A stretch of DNA of 64,000 nt from a virus (Duplodnaviria > Caudoviricetes), in IMG/VR virus record IMGVR_UViG_2786546882_000003, positions 1 through 64,000 of that record; one strand, given 5' to 3'. Shown piece after piece: positions 55,835 through 64,000 of the stretch; the stretch's first letter is position 1; every line of letters begins with the position of its first letter. Under the pieces are notes generated by a model. The model ran no database searches. It worked only from the letters and a program-made list of their open reading frames with translations, and was not told where the DNA came from. A program made the translations under genes and the position numbers.

Positions 55835-56742
55835 TGGCACAGGTCGTAGAAGGCGGATCAAACGGTTGGGTTGAGGTTGGCGGTCACCCCGACCTCAGCA
55901 TGAAGCTGGTCATGAGCCGCACTACGCGCAGCATCACCCGCGTGTTCATGATCGAGTCGCCGACCGGCGTGTACGATGAGGTTAATGCCTTCTTGGCGGA
56001 ATGCCGACCGGCTTTTTCCCCGCCGGGAAAATACCCGATCCTCGGCGTGCAGCTGTACGTGGACACCGTCAACATTGAACCATACGGAGCGGTCGGCAAA
56101 GATGACTTAGGAAAGCCTGTCCAAATCAACGGGTTTCCGTCGTACGAGTCGTTCAAAGCGACTGTCACCTACACGCCGTTGCCGTACCAGCCGAAAAACC
56201 CAAACCAACCTTCTCCCGATCCACTTCTGGACAACCTCGAGATCGTCGCGAATGTCGGCGCCGAGGCGATGTCCCTCCCTGGCTCTCAGTTGTACTGGGC
56301 CGGCGGAACAAAGGTCACGAACGATCCAACGGTTGCCGCGTCGATCCGGATCGACACGATCGACTACCAGATCACGAAGCATCACCTCAGGCGAACTGAC
56401 ATCCCGTGGGATGCGATCCGTACGATCAACAGTCGAGTCAACGAAGCCGCGTTCAGTGACTCACACCCCATCTTCCCTGGAGTCAAGCAGGAATCGCTGC
56501 TGTTTCGTGGCGCGCAGATCTCAATTCGGTTTTCTGGTGACGGGACGATCGAGAACTCGTTGACGTACAACTTCTCGGAGCGTACAGCGACGCACGACGG
56601 GGTGGACGTGAGCTGGAACCACCTGTACGACTCGCAAGCGGGTCAGCAGAAATTCCGGAAGGTCTACAAGGACTCGGCGAACAACAAGCCGCTCTACTCT
56701 ACGTCCACTCAATCGGAAATTGAGGCGATCTTCGACACATGA
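55834..56742 (+). CDS. probable tail tip/baseplate protein
   Basis: Follows TMP; beta-rich; VN...F...LLF.G...TYNF...WNH. Confidence 0.65.
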   Translation: MAQVVEGGSNGWVEVGGHPDLSMKLVMSRTTRSITRVFMIESPTGVYDEVNAFLAECRPAFSPPGKYPILGVQLYVDTVNIEPYGAVGKDDLGKPVQINGFPSYESFKATVTYTPLPYQPKNPNQPSPDPLLDNLEIVANVGAEAMSLPGSQLYWAGGTKVTNDPTVAASIRIDTIDYQITKHHLRRTDIPWDAIRTINSRVNEAAFSDSHPIFPGVKQESLLFRGAQISIRFSGDGTIENSLTYNFSERTATHDGVDVSWNHLYDSQAGQQKFRKVYKDSANNKPLYSTSTQSEIEAIFDT

Positions 56743-57386
56743 TGTTGAGCATGCGGCAATCTGGGGCCGGCCCTCTTAAGCGGTGGTCGGCCGGCGATGC
56801 TATCGTTCAGTCCAGGCTGAACGGTATGGTTGACGGTATTAACCGCGCCAACGCGTTGTCGGTAGGCAATACATCCGGCAGCGTGCTGCTCGCGCAGACT
56901 GTGGCCGAGAGCTCGAGCTACCCCGCCGCATCGACAAACCCCAATGTCTACCCGTTCCGATGGTGTGGTTTAACGGATCCGGCTGACACGCGATTTACGG
57001 CCGCCGGTCGTGTTTCGCTGTCGGCAGACACGGCAGTATTCGGCATCAGCGGCTATGTCCTGAACATCGCGGCGACAAGTTCTGACGACCCTAGCAATTA
57101 CATCCCAGAAAACTCACTGATCCTTCTTTCCCCGTGTAACCTCGGGTTCTGGGTCACCTTCTACAGCGTCTTTCGGCTGTATCGGTTCACTTTGACCTCA
57201 GTGTTCACGAGTAATACGGCGACGGCCAATATCAGCGAGATGTCCGGGACTTCTGCGTTCACGGGGGTTGATCTCAAAGACCCAGAGGCAGTGTTTGACA
57301 CTCTGGAGTCGGGAGATACCGGCCTCTGCGTGTATCAAGACGGCCAGTGGTTTGCGATTCAGGCCCCATGCCCCGTGACGACCTAA
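56739..57386 (+). CDS. probable tail protein
   Basis: W.AGD...LN.MVD.IN N-terminus; beta-rich. Confidence 0.6.
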   Translation: MMLSMRQSGAGPLKRWSAGDAIVQSRLNGMVDGINRANALSVGNTSGSVLLAQTVAESSSYPAASTNPNVYPFRWCGLTDPADTRFTAAGRVSLSADTAVFGISGYVLNIAATSSDDPSNYIPENSLILLSPCNLGFWVTFYSVFRLYRFTLTSVFTSNTATANISEMSGTSAFTGVDLKDPEAVFDTLESGDTGLCVYQDGQWFAIQAPCPVTT

Positions 57387-57392
57387 CCAGAT

Positions 57393-57510
57393 TAGCGCTT
57401 TTTGACCTATCTGGTTTATCTGCGAATATGACGTTTGATCCATAGAGATATTCGAGGTTAGCACAAGCAACCCGAAATTCTGCCAGTGCGCAGGGTTTCG
57501 GGTTTTTTCG
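57393..57510 (+). promoter_or_regulatory. late leader B: putative promoter, GCACAAG hairpin and overlapping terminator
   Basis: TAGCGCTTTTTGAC...TGCGAATAT...CGAGGTTAGCACAAGCAACCCG(terminator)CGGGTTTTTT. Confidence 0.85.
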
Positions 57511-57527
57511 TGCCTTGAGGGGTTCAG

Positions 57528-57728
57528 ATGAACAAAGCAAAGGTTTGGAAATTCGTAAAGGGTGCGTTGATCGCATCCGCTGGCGCCGCCCTGGCTTATT
57601 TGGGCGGACAAGTAATTCCAGCGTTGGAAGTAGCTGGTACGTCGGCCACGATCGTCGCGATCGCTTCGGCATTGGTGAACCTTGGAAAGGTGATCCTGCA
57701 GAAGATCGACGACGGGGCCGCACAGTAA
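57528..57728 (+). CDS. holin-like two-TM protein
   Basis: KGALIASAGAALAYL...IVAIASALVNL. Confidence 0.6.
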   Translation: MNKAKVWKFVKGALIASAGAALAYLGGQVIPALEVAGTSATIVAIASALVNLGKVILQKIDDGAAQ

Positions 57729-58018
57729 TGCTCTGGATAATTCGTCGATTCAACGCCCGCAGGAAACTGCGGGCTTTGCCGCCTGAGCAGCGCGAAGTCG
57801 CTTTGGCGATGGCGGCCGATTGCTGCCACAACGCGGCGACAGCCGAAGACTGCGAACTGCTCGCCAAGAACAAACTTGAGAGCGATCCGCCTGTCGGTTT
57901 CGGCGTCGTCGAGATTCTCGCAGTGATCCAAGTACTCATTGCGATCTGGAAGTTCATCGACTCGATGGGCTGGCTTGATCGTGCAAACCGACCAATGCTC
58001 GAGAAGGAATTGCTGTGA
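57728..58018 (+). CDS. membrane protein
   Basis: TAATG coupling; C-terminal TM. Confidence 0.65.
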   Translation: MLWIIRRFNARRKLRALPPEQREVALAMAADCCHNAATAEDCELLAKNKLESDPPVGFGVVEILAVIQVLIAIWKFIDSMGWLDRANRPMLEKELL

Positions 58019-58278
58019 CCTATTTCTTTGTCGCGCTCGTCGTCATGAGCCTCGTGTATTTCGCGTGGCAGGCGTTTGTCAAATTCCGTCCAAAACGTGA
58101 AGTCCAGCAATTGGATGTTGATCCTGCGGACGTCGATCGCAATCGGATGGAAGCGCACCGATGTTACGAATGGCTGCGGAAATACCTTGAGTTTGCTGGT
58201 GAGACGGAAGCACGGCAGCACCTCAACAAATCTGCGGCCAGCCTTTACACCAGCGAACCCAAAAGCACGCAGTCATGA
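58015..58278 (+). CDS. membrane protein
   Basis: N-terminal TM, GTGA overlap. Confidence 0.7.
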   Translation: MTYFFVALVVMSLVYFAWQAFVKFRPKREVQQLDVDPADVDRNRMEAHRCYEWLRKYLEFAGETEARQHLNKSAASLYTSEPKSTQS

Positions 58279-58709
58279 ACTTAAACAAAACCGTTGGGCT
58301 GGTTTTGGCATTGAGCTTAGCGTTCCTCGCCGGGCAGTTCTTCAGCGGCAGTGGCGGCTTCTCGATTCCGGACTTTGGCGGTGTCATTCCGATCGTCGAA
58401 CCGAAGGTCAACGGCGAAGGCTGGTTGGTCATGGTCGACGAGCTAAGTGATCCGCTGACGGTGACTGTCGATGCCGCCAGGAACATGGAGTGGCAAGAGA
58501 AGCTGACCAGCAAAGAGATCAAGTTCGCACGCTACGACGATGACGACGCCGTGGCGGAGAGCTACGTCAAAGCGCTCAGCGAAAAAGTACCAGGCGTGTT
58601 GCTTATGGAAGACGAAGCCGACGGCAGGAAGGTCGTGGCGACAAAGGCTTTGACCAAAGACGACACGCTCAGTTCGATCACCGCATTTGTGGACGCCCAT
58701 ACCAAATGA
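58275..58709 (+). CDS. secreted/membrane protein, possibly thioredoxin-like fold
   Basis: Signal/TM; RYDDD...VPGVLL. Confidence 0.65.
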   Translation: MNLNKTVGLVLALSLAFLAGQFFSGSGGFSIPDFGGVIPIVEPKVNGEGWLVMVDELSDPLTVTVDAARNMEWQEKLTSKEIKFARYDDDDAVAESYVKALSEKVPGVLLMEDEADGRKVVATKALTKDDTLSSITAFVDAHTK

Positions 58710-59587
58710 CGAAAGTCGGCGAAATCGTAAAGACGGCTCCTGGCCAGCTTGATGAAATCATCGGGCCAGAGGGTAACCGGATCAAACTCGGGCTGCGGAA
58801 GCCGCCAAAAGAGTTGCCGGTCACATACGCGCCGTTGGTCGGGGCTTTGCCTCGCCTGTTGACCTACGATGAGATTAAGGCAAGGTGCGAAAGCGTCGAC
58901 CGCCGCCCCTCCCGTGATCGATGGGGCCCAGACACGATCAAGGACCAAGATGGCCGAGGAGCCTGCCAAGGGTATGCGTCTGCCGGCATGGCCGAGCGTG
59001 TCCGAGAATCTAGCGGTCAGAAGCGAGTCGTCTTGTCTGGCGACTTCTCTTACTCGCTTGCCAATGGCGGCCGAGACCAGGGGTCTGCTTTGTCGCGCGG
59101 CTTCATGGCGGCTACCCAGGTCGGCTATGCCCCTGAAGACACGCCCGGCCTGAAGCGATGGGAATACCGCAAATCGCACATGCCGCAGGCTGCGTTCGCG
59201 GCTGCTAGCCGGTTCAAGGGTATCGACGGATTCTACTGCGAAACGCAGCAGGAATTCTTCACGGCTCTTGCCCTCGGCATGATCGGCGTGATCGCCGTAC
59301 ACGTTGCCGGCGCTTTTTCGCAACTCGACAACTACGGGATCAGTCAAGGCGGCAACGGCGATGGTAACCACGCCGTGTGTGCGGACGACTTGGTCTACGA
59401 CCGTCGGCTCGGCGGATTCAAGATCGACTCACCAAACAGTTGGAAGCGGACTTGGGGGGATAACGGACGTTGTTACTACACGTTCGAACGTCACCTTCGC
59501 CGCACTATCGAAGTTCACAAGTTCTACGTCTTCCCGATTCTTACGCAGGATCCACAAGGCGATAACCCACCTCAGGTGCTCGTATGA
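58706..59587 (+). CDS. papain-like (C1) cysteine peptidase
   Basis: KDQDGRGAC, NHAV, NSW..TWG.NG. Confidence 0.88.
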   Translation: MTKVGEIVKTAPGQLDEIIGPEGNRIKLGLRKPPKELPVTYAPLVGALPRLLTYDEIKARCESVDRRPSRDRWGPDTIKDQDGRGACQGYASAGMAERVRESSGQKRVVLSGDFSYSLANGGRDQGSALSRGFMAATQVGYAPEDTPGLKRWEYRKSHMPQAAFAAASRFKGIDGFYCETQQEFFTALALGMIGVIAVHVAGAFSQLDNYGISQGGNGDGNHAVCADDLVYDRRLGGFKIDSPNSWKRTWGDNGRCYYTFERHLRRTIEVHKFYVFPILTQDPQGDNPPQVLV

Positions 59588-60276
59588 AAACTCTAGCATG
59601 GATGTTCAGCTCGGCGACCGTCGCCGCGCTTGTCTCTTTGATCGGCGTCACGGACCAAGAACCACAGACCGCTGTCGACGTCCCTGTCGCAAGCGCGCCA
59701 GTTGAAGCCGAAGTAGCTCCGGCTACGACGGTGGAGAGTTCAGACTGCTGCAGCGGGAGCTGTAACTGCTGCACGTGCGACAAAGACGCGAAGGCGGAAG
59801 CGGAGCCGGCCGAAAAGGCTGAAGTCGAGACTGCAAGTCGCCCGGAACCGAAGTTCGCGGTCGGAGAGATCGTCAGTGCAAACGGCGAGAAGTTGCGAAT
59901 TAAAAGTGCCTTCTACGACGGCGATGAGTGGAAATATAAGGCTGAAGCCGTAGCGAGTACACCCGTGTACTCCTCGTCAACCGGTTCGATTGCTTCCGGG
60001 TTCTACGACGGTACGAGCAAGTGGGATTACCCAGGCGACATCGCCCAACACTTGCTGAATCATCCGAACCATCAGTTCAGCTACTCGCAAGTGGCCGGGA
60101 AGTCCAAGGACGAACTCGAGGCAATGCACGACGCTCACCATGATCAGATGTCCGGCGTCTCTGGCCAAAGTGTTGGGGCATACCGGGTCACGAGCCCTGG
60201 GCTGTTGTCGTATCCGATGTTCCAGAGCTCTGGTCGCAGTTCGTATTGCCCCAGCGGTCGCTGCCCGTTTCAGTAA
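59584..60276 (+). CDS. secreted Cys/His-rich protein
   Basis: Signal peptide; CC...C.CC.C; WDYPG...HL..H..H...H..HH; CPSGRCP. Confidence 0.75.
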   Translation: MKTLAWMFSSATVAALVSLIGVTDQEPQTAVDVPVASAPVEAEVAPATTVESSDCCSGSCNCCTCDKDAKAEAEPAEKAEVETASRPEPKFAVGEIVSANGEKLRIKSAFYDGDEWKYKAEAVASTPVYSSSTGSIASGFYDGTSKWDYPGDIAQHLLNHPNHQFSYSQVAGKSKDELEAMHDAHHDQMSGVSGQSVGAYRVTSPGLLSYPMFQSSGRSSYCPSGRCPFQ

Positions 60277-60288
60277 CACGGAATCAGC

Positions 60289-60492
60289 ATGCCGACAAAA
60301 GTAAGTCTCGACGAGGCCACGACCGAGATCTCACGGCGAGCCTCGCACAAACGCGACAAACTCTGCAAGGTTGACACCGAAGTCTGCCTTGCAGCGTTTT
60401 TTGATTACCTGAATGAACTTCCGGCAGACGAGGCCTTTGCTCTGGTGAGTAAAGGCATGGCTGCGTCAGTACGGCGTAAAGCCCGAGGGTAG
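60289..60492 (+). CDS. hypothetical protein
   Basis: 67-aa ORF in gene run. Confidence 0.6.
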   Translation: MPTKVSLDEATTEISRRASHKRDKLCKVDTEVCLAAFFDYLNELPADEAFALVSKGMAASVRRKARG

Positions 60493-60494
60493 AG

Positions 60495-60815
60495 ATGCCA
60501 AGTAAATCCATTTCAAGCACGACGTCTGGCCTCGGCCCGGATGGCATCTACTGTCCGTACGAGAAGACGCAGCTCTACATCACAGCCCCTGATTGGAGCG
60601 GCAGTAAGGCACTACAGCTTTGGACCGCGCCAACTGACGCGGACTCCAACGACTTTGTTCCAGAAATGGCATCCACCTCTGACGACACGGTCTTCGAGAC
60701 CAGTGCCGACGGCCGCGTGCAGATCCTGGGCCCCTGCTGGGTTCGACCTTATCTGACGAACCCTGGCACCGGCGTGACTCTCACCGTCTCCGATCCGACC
60801 ACTGGCATCAGCTAA
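60495..60815 (+). CDS. small beta-rich probable virion protein
   Basis: S/T-rich, GAGG RBS. Confidence 0.6.
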   Translation: MPSKSISSTTSGLGPDGIYCPYEKTQLYITAPDWSGSKALQLWTAPTDADSNDFVPEMASTSDDTVFETSADGRVQILGPCWVRPYLTNPGTGVTLTVSDPTTGIS

Positions 60816-60849
60816 GCCGGAACCAGCAGAGCACTAGGAGACACCAGCC

Positions 60850-61674
60850 GTGACGATCTCTAGAACACTCGAGCGATGCGTTCAGCGCCCTCTACGGCGC
60901 GGTGTTTCACGCGATGGTGTGTTATCCGGTTCTGGCTATACGTTTTCAGACTCGGACGCCGAAGCCTACGTCACATTGGTCGAAACCGCAGACGGAGAAA
61001 CGCTTGAAAATGGCGTTAAAGAGGCAATCGACAATTTTGTCGCCGGGTGCAAGACGGATGGGATTTGGGCGGATATCAACGCTGCGGTGATACTTGCAGG
61101 GGCAAGAACCCTAACAGGGGCACTGGTGCCGTTGAAGGGAACCGCACCGACGAACGTCAACTTTGTCAGTGGCGACTATAGCCGCACCAACGGATTGACT
61201 GGTAATGGGAGCACGAAATACCTGAACAGCAATCGAGCTGCCGATGCCGATGACTTCGAGGATATGCACCTGTCGGTATACGTCACAGGCAGCAGGGAAA
61301 CCGGAGTCGGCGGTTACATTGGCGGTTCTGCATCATCGCCGCACGCGGTGCTTGGTAACGCAACGGGGTTTAGAGCGCGAGTCAACTCGGCGACACTGAG
61401 AACACTTGGCACTGGAACAACAGTCCCTAGCTGTATCGCTGTTAGCCGTCCCAATGCTGCAGGCTATGACTGGTGTGGCCTTGGCCAATCGGGAAATCAA
61501 GTAGACGCGAGAGTCGGCGGGGAGACTGGAGACATCACAGTTTTTGCCCGTGGCGGAGCGTCGCTTTCCGCGTGTCGACTAGCGTTCTACTCAATTGGAT
61601 CGGCGACGACGCTGGCTGACTTAGACTCGCGGATTGCAACTCTCGTTTCAGCAATAGGGACGGCACTGGCATGA
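60850..61674 (+). CDS. probable tail fibre/adhesin-like virion protein
   Basis: DAEAY...AIDNFVAGCKTDGIW...GL.GNGSTKYL, phage-type; G/S/T-rich. Confidence 0.6.
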   Translation: MTISRTLERCVQRPLRRGVSRDGVLSGSGYTFSDSDAEAYVTLVETADGETLENGVKEAIDNFVAGCKTDGIWADINAAVILAGARTLTGALVPLKGTAPTNVNFVSGDYSRTNGLTGNGSTKYLNSNRAADADDFEDMHLSVYVTGSRETGVGGYIGGSASSPHAVLGNATGFRARVNSATLRTLGTGTTVPSCIAVSRPNAAGYDWCGLGQSGNQVDARVGGETGDITVFARGGASLSACRLAFYSIGSATTLADLDSRIATLVSAIGTALA

Positions 61675-62066
61675 GTGAGCAAGAACTGGCCATTATTGTT
61701 GCTATTGGTGATGCGTTGCGTGCGAGTCCTCTTTCATGGAACCAAATCCCAGAACAGCAAAAGGCAATGATCATCGAGATCATGCGCCCCAAGCCAACCT
61801 TCGACAACGAACAGAGGACATTTCTTGAGCGTTGGTGGATGGCCATTGATGATGCAGAACTTGCTTCGATTAACGCCAAACTTCCAGCAAACACGGTAGT
61901 TAGCCCCCGCATTGATGGCGACGGTGGCAAGTGGATTTGCGCGGACTTGTTCACCGACGCAGTTGAGGCCAGCGGACGACTACACGCGATTCTTGATGAC
62001 TTGCTTGGACTGACGCTGCACTATCTGACCGAGGACTACTGGACAGTTGATGATTCGCCGCCGTAA
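61671..62066 (+). CDS. hypothetical protein
   Basis: ATGA coupling to upstream gene. Confidence 0.65.
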   Translation: MSEQELAIIVAIGDALRASPLSWNQIPEQQKAMIIEIMRPKPTFDNEQRTFLERWWMAIDDAELASINAKLPANTVVSPRIDGDGGKWICADLFTDAVEASGRLHAILDDLLGLTLHYLTEDYWTVDDSPP

Positions 62067-62191
62067 CTCCCAGAAACCCGTAGTCAGAACAAGAGAACGA
62101 CACCACTAACGCTTAACGATCCATTATCTGAAGAACACAAGAAGTGACGCTTGCTAGTCAGTAAGCATTCTAAATAAGGAAGGAACCTGAA

Positions 62192-62539
62192 ATGCCAGCA
62201 GCTGGGCGAGCGAAAGTGGAGATCTCCGAAAACGGAGACACGTACGACGACAGTGAAGAGTATCTGGACTGTGAGTTCGAGGGCTGGTACGTCATCGAGA
62301 TTGACGGGACTGTCGACACGAGCACAGTCATCAAGCCGTGGATTTCATTTGGCGGAACGAGCACGCCGAACTGGAAAGAAATCCCAGATCCGGATGCAAG
62401 TTCTTACACGCCGTTCACATTCACGGCAACTGGCGTCAAGACATTGATGGTGCCTGGAAACTCGAAAGTCAAATTCGTAACTACTGACTACGATTCTTCT
62501 ACCGGAACTAATGCGCGAAGGACTCGCGCCGCAAAATAA
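62192..62539 (+). CDS. small beta-rich probable virion protein
   Basis: AGGAAGG RBS; pattern similar to 60495..60815. Confidence 0.6.
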   Translation: MPAAGRAKVEISENGDTYDDSEEYLDCEFEGWYVIEIDGTVDTSTVIKPWISFGGTSTPNWKEIPDPDASSYTPFTFTATGVKTLMVPGNSKVKFVTTDYDSSTGTNARRTRAAK

Positions 62540-62549
62540 AGGTGCCTAG

Positions 62550-62990
62550 TTGAGTACCACATCTCACTACGACATCTTGCAGCGTGTGATCACAAAGCTG
62601 AAAGCACTCAGCTTATCTCCGGTGTCGTCATCTCAAATATACGCCTGTGAATTTCCCTTCGACAGGCATGTGGTTCCTGGAATCGCATGCAGCGAAATAG
62701 AGGAACACGAAGGCGCTGGAACAAACGAGAAGGATGACTTCATGTACGGAGTCATGCTCACGAGGGTGTTTGGCGGATCCGGCCAGGGCGATTACCACCA
62801 GGATCAGTCTGCGTGGAGGCAGAAAGTTCGCAGCCACTTTCATCGCCAGCTTCTTGGAAATATCGACAACGAGATCATAACAAAGGTGAGCCCAGGAAGA
62901 ATCAATCTCACTAAACAGTGGAGAGACTGGGGCATCGACGGTAACACAATGGAAATCTGGACTTGGGTCAGGGAAGGCCGAGATAGCTAA
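62550..62990 (+). CDS. probable tail terminator-like protein (second copy)
   Basis: ILQRVITKLKAL N-terminal helix; size; immediately before tube-like gene. Confidence 0.5.
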   Translation: MSTTSHYDILQRVITKLKALSLSPVSSSQIYACEFPFDRHVVPGIACSEIEEHEGAGTNEKDDFMYGVMLTRVFGGSGQGDYHQDQSAWRQKVRSHFHRQLLGNIDNEIITKVSPGRINLTKQWRDWGIDGNTMEIWTWVREGRDS

Positions 62991-63940
62991 TGTCAACTTG
63001 CATGTCAATCGGATCGGCAGCAAAGCTTGCCGTACAGGGCGGCGGAACTGCACCAAGAACATTCAACTCCAGCAGCGAGCGGTACGACTTTCTGTATGAA
63101 ACGCTGACAAAGAAGCAGCGCCGCGTAGGCAATCGCACCATCAAAGGCGACTTGTCTGACTGGGAAGAGCGAAACGTCGAAGGCGCATCGCTATGCTCTG
63201 GGGTAATTGCTTTCAACGCAAGCCCACTGTGGTTTTCCAACTGGATGACCAGAATCATCGGAACCACAACGAACGGCAACAATGGTGACGGCGATGCGAT
63301 TTACGAGCCAGGCACATCGCTTCCTTCGTTCGATGTTCTGATCGACAAAGAGGCTGACACGTTCCACTTCTACGACTGCATGGTCAATCGTTGCATCATT
63401 CGCGGCCAGAATGTCCCAAGCGAAGAAGAGCCAGAAGTCATCAATGTTGTTGTTCAGTTGATCGCAAAGCAGCGAGTCCTGACCACCTCTTGGCCTGATC
63501 CAGAGCCTTCTCTCTCGACGAGTTCCAACGCGCTACCGGACGTAATGGGCAAATCTGTGCTCACGATGGACAGCACTGAATACGCATACGACAGTTTCGT
63601 GCTATCGATCGACCACGGTCTTATTCCGAAGTTCCGGAACAGCCTGAACATCAGCTGTATTCGTCCTGGGATGCGAAAGGTTCGCCTGCAGACGAACAAC
63701 CCATTCTTGTCGGCAAGCTTCTCTGCGCTGCACGACACTCTTGCCTCTCCGATCGGCGGAAGCCTGAAGTTCGAGAGGGGTGATGCTTACACCGAGTTTG
63801 CTTTCGGCACCTTGGACAACATGGGCGAAGACCCGAATGTTCGTGGCAAAACTGAAATTGTCCACGCACTTGACTTCCAGTGCCTGAAGGACGCTAGCGC
63901 CGGATCGCCTGAGATCACAGGGACCACCCACCTGGGATAA
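62990..63940 (+). CDS. tail tube-like protein (long, ~316-aa type; second copy)
   Basis: FLYETL...R..G...G.I....P; LPSF.V..DK...F.FYDC.VN; F.LSIDHGL; G.R.V. Confidence 0.65.
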   Translation: MSTCMSIGSAAKLAVQGGGTAPRTFNSSSERYDFLYETLTKKQRRVGNRTIKGDLSDWEERNVEGASLCSGVIAFNASPLWFSNWMTRIIGTTTNGNNGDGDAIYEPGTSLPSFDVLIDKEADTFHFYDCMVNRCIIRGQNVPSEEEPEVINVVVQLIAKQRVLTTSWPDPEPSLSTSSNALPDVMGKSVLTMDSTEYAYDSFVLSIDHGLIPKFRNSLNISCIRPGMRKVRLQTNNPFLSASFSALHDTLASPIGGSLKFERGDAYTEFAFGTLDNMGEDPNVRGKTEIVHALDFQCLKDASAGSPEITGTTHLG

Positions 63941-64000
63941 TATAAGCCTTGGAAGAATACATCGACGAAAGCCGACGCAGGAAGCTGCGCAATACCCCGA

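Larger units (their letters stand above)
1..64000. mobile_element. Tailed dsDNA bacteriophage genome segment (HK97-type head, probable siphovirus-like tail)
   Basis: Ordered terminase-portal-protease-capsid-neck-tail tube-tape measure module at 39.4-54.6 kb; phage-type accessory genes; no host housekeeping operons. Confidence 0.96.

Noticed and set aside
1-64000. Reverse transcriptase systems (DGR, retron), introns, inteins, IS elements, integrase
   Set aside because: No RT, homing endonuclease, intein, transposase or recombinase motifs recognised; no TR/VR pair noticed by eye

Overview
This window is part of a tailed dsDNA phage genome with an HK97-fold capsid and a probable non-contractile tail. 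The host is probably a Planctomycetota member; this is inferred from recalled protein families. No integrase, DNA polymerase or genome end is recognisable, so the genome extends beyond the window. Layout: (1-11.8 kb) small accessory genes; (11.8-15.9 kb, minus strand) two glycosyltransferases and a methyltransferase; (16.1-16.55 kb) candidate origin, with CCCGGGTAA repeats inverted around an AT-rich core; (17.8-18.7 kb) non-coding repeat region; (18.7-23.3 kb) promoter-leader-gene-terminator units; (23.5-37.6 kb) DNA and nucleotide metabolism (SF1B helicase, Dam-like MTase, dNMP kinase fusion, ASCH, PhoH, ThyX, phosphoesterase); (37.9-57.4 kb) PAPS-reductase/ParB, terminase, portal, protease, capsid, neck, tail tube and tape measure; (57.5-60.3 kb) membrane proteins plus a papain-like protease where lysis genes usually sit; (60.3-64 kb) more virion genes, including an apparent second tail terminator/tube pair. 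The most striking unexplained signals are non-coding. First, about 12 intergenic copies of a leader carry a co-varying stem around a conserved NNGTCGCAAG loop, usually followed by TTCCTTCCAC. Second, two late leaders have an identical GCACAAG hairpin overlapping an intrinsic terminator; with the first element this suggests an undescribed antitermination/attenuation system. Third, there is a ~140-nt tRNA-like RNA with an expanded central domain. All protein assignments are from motif recognition by eye; no database search was run.
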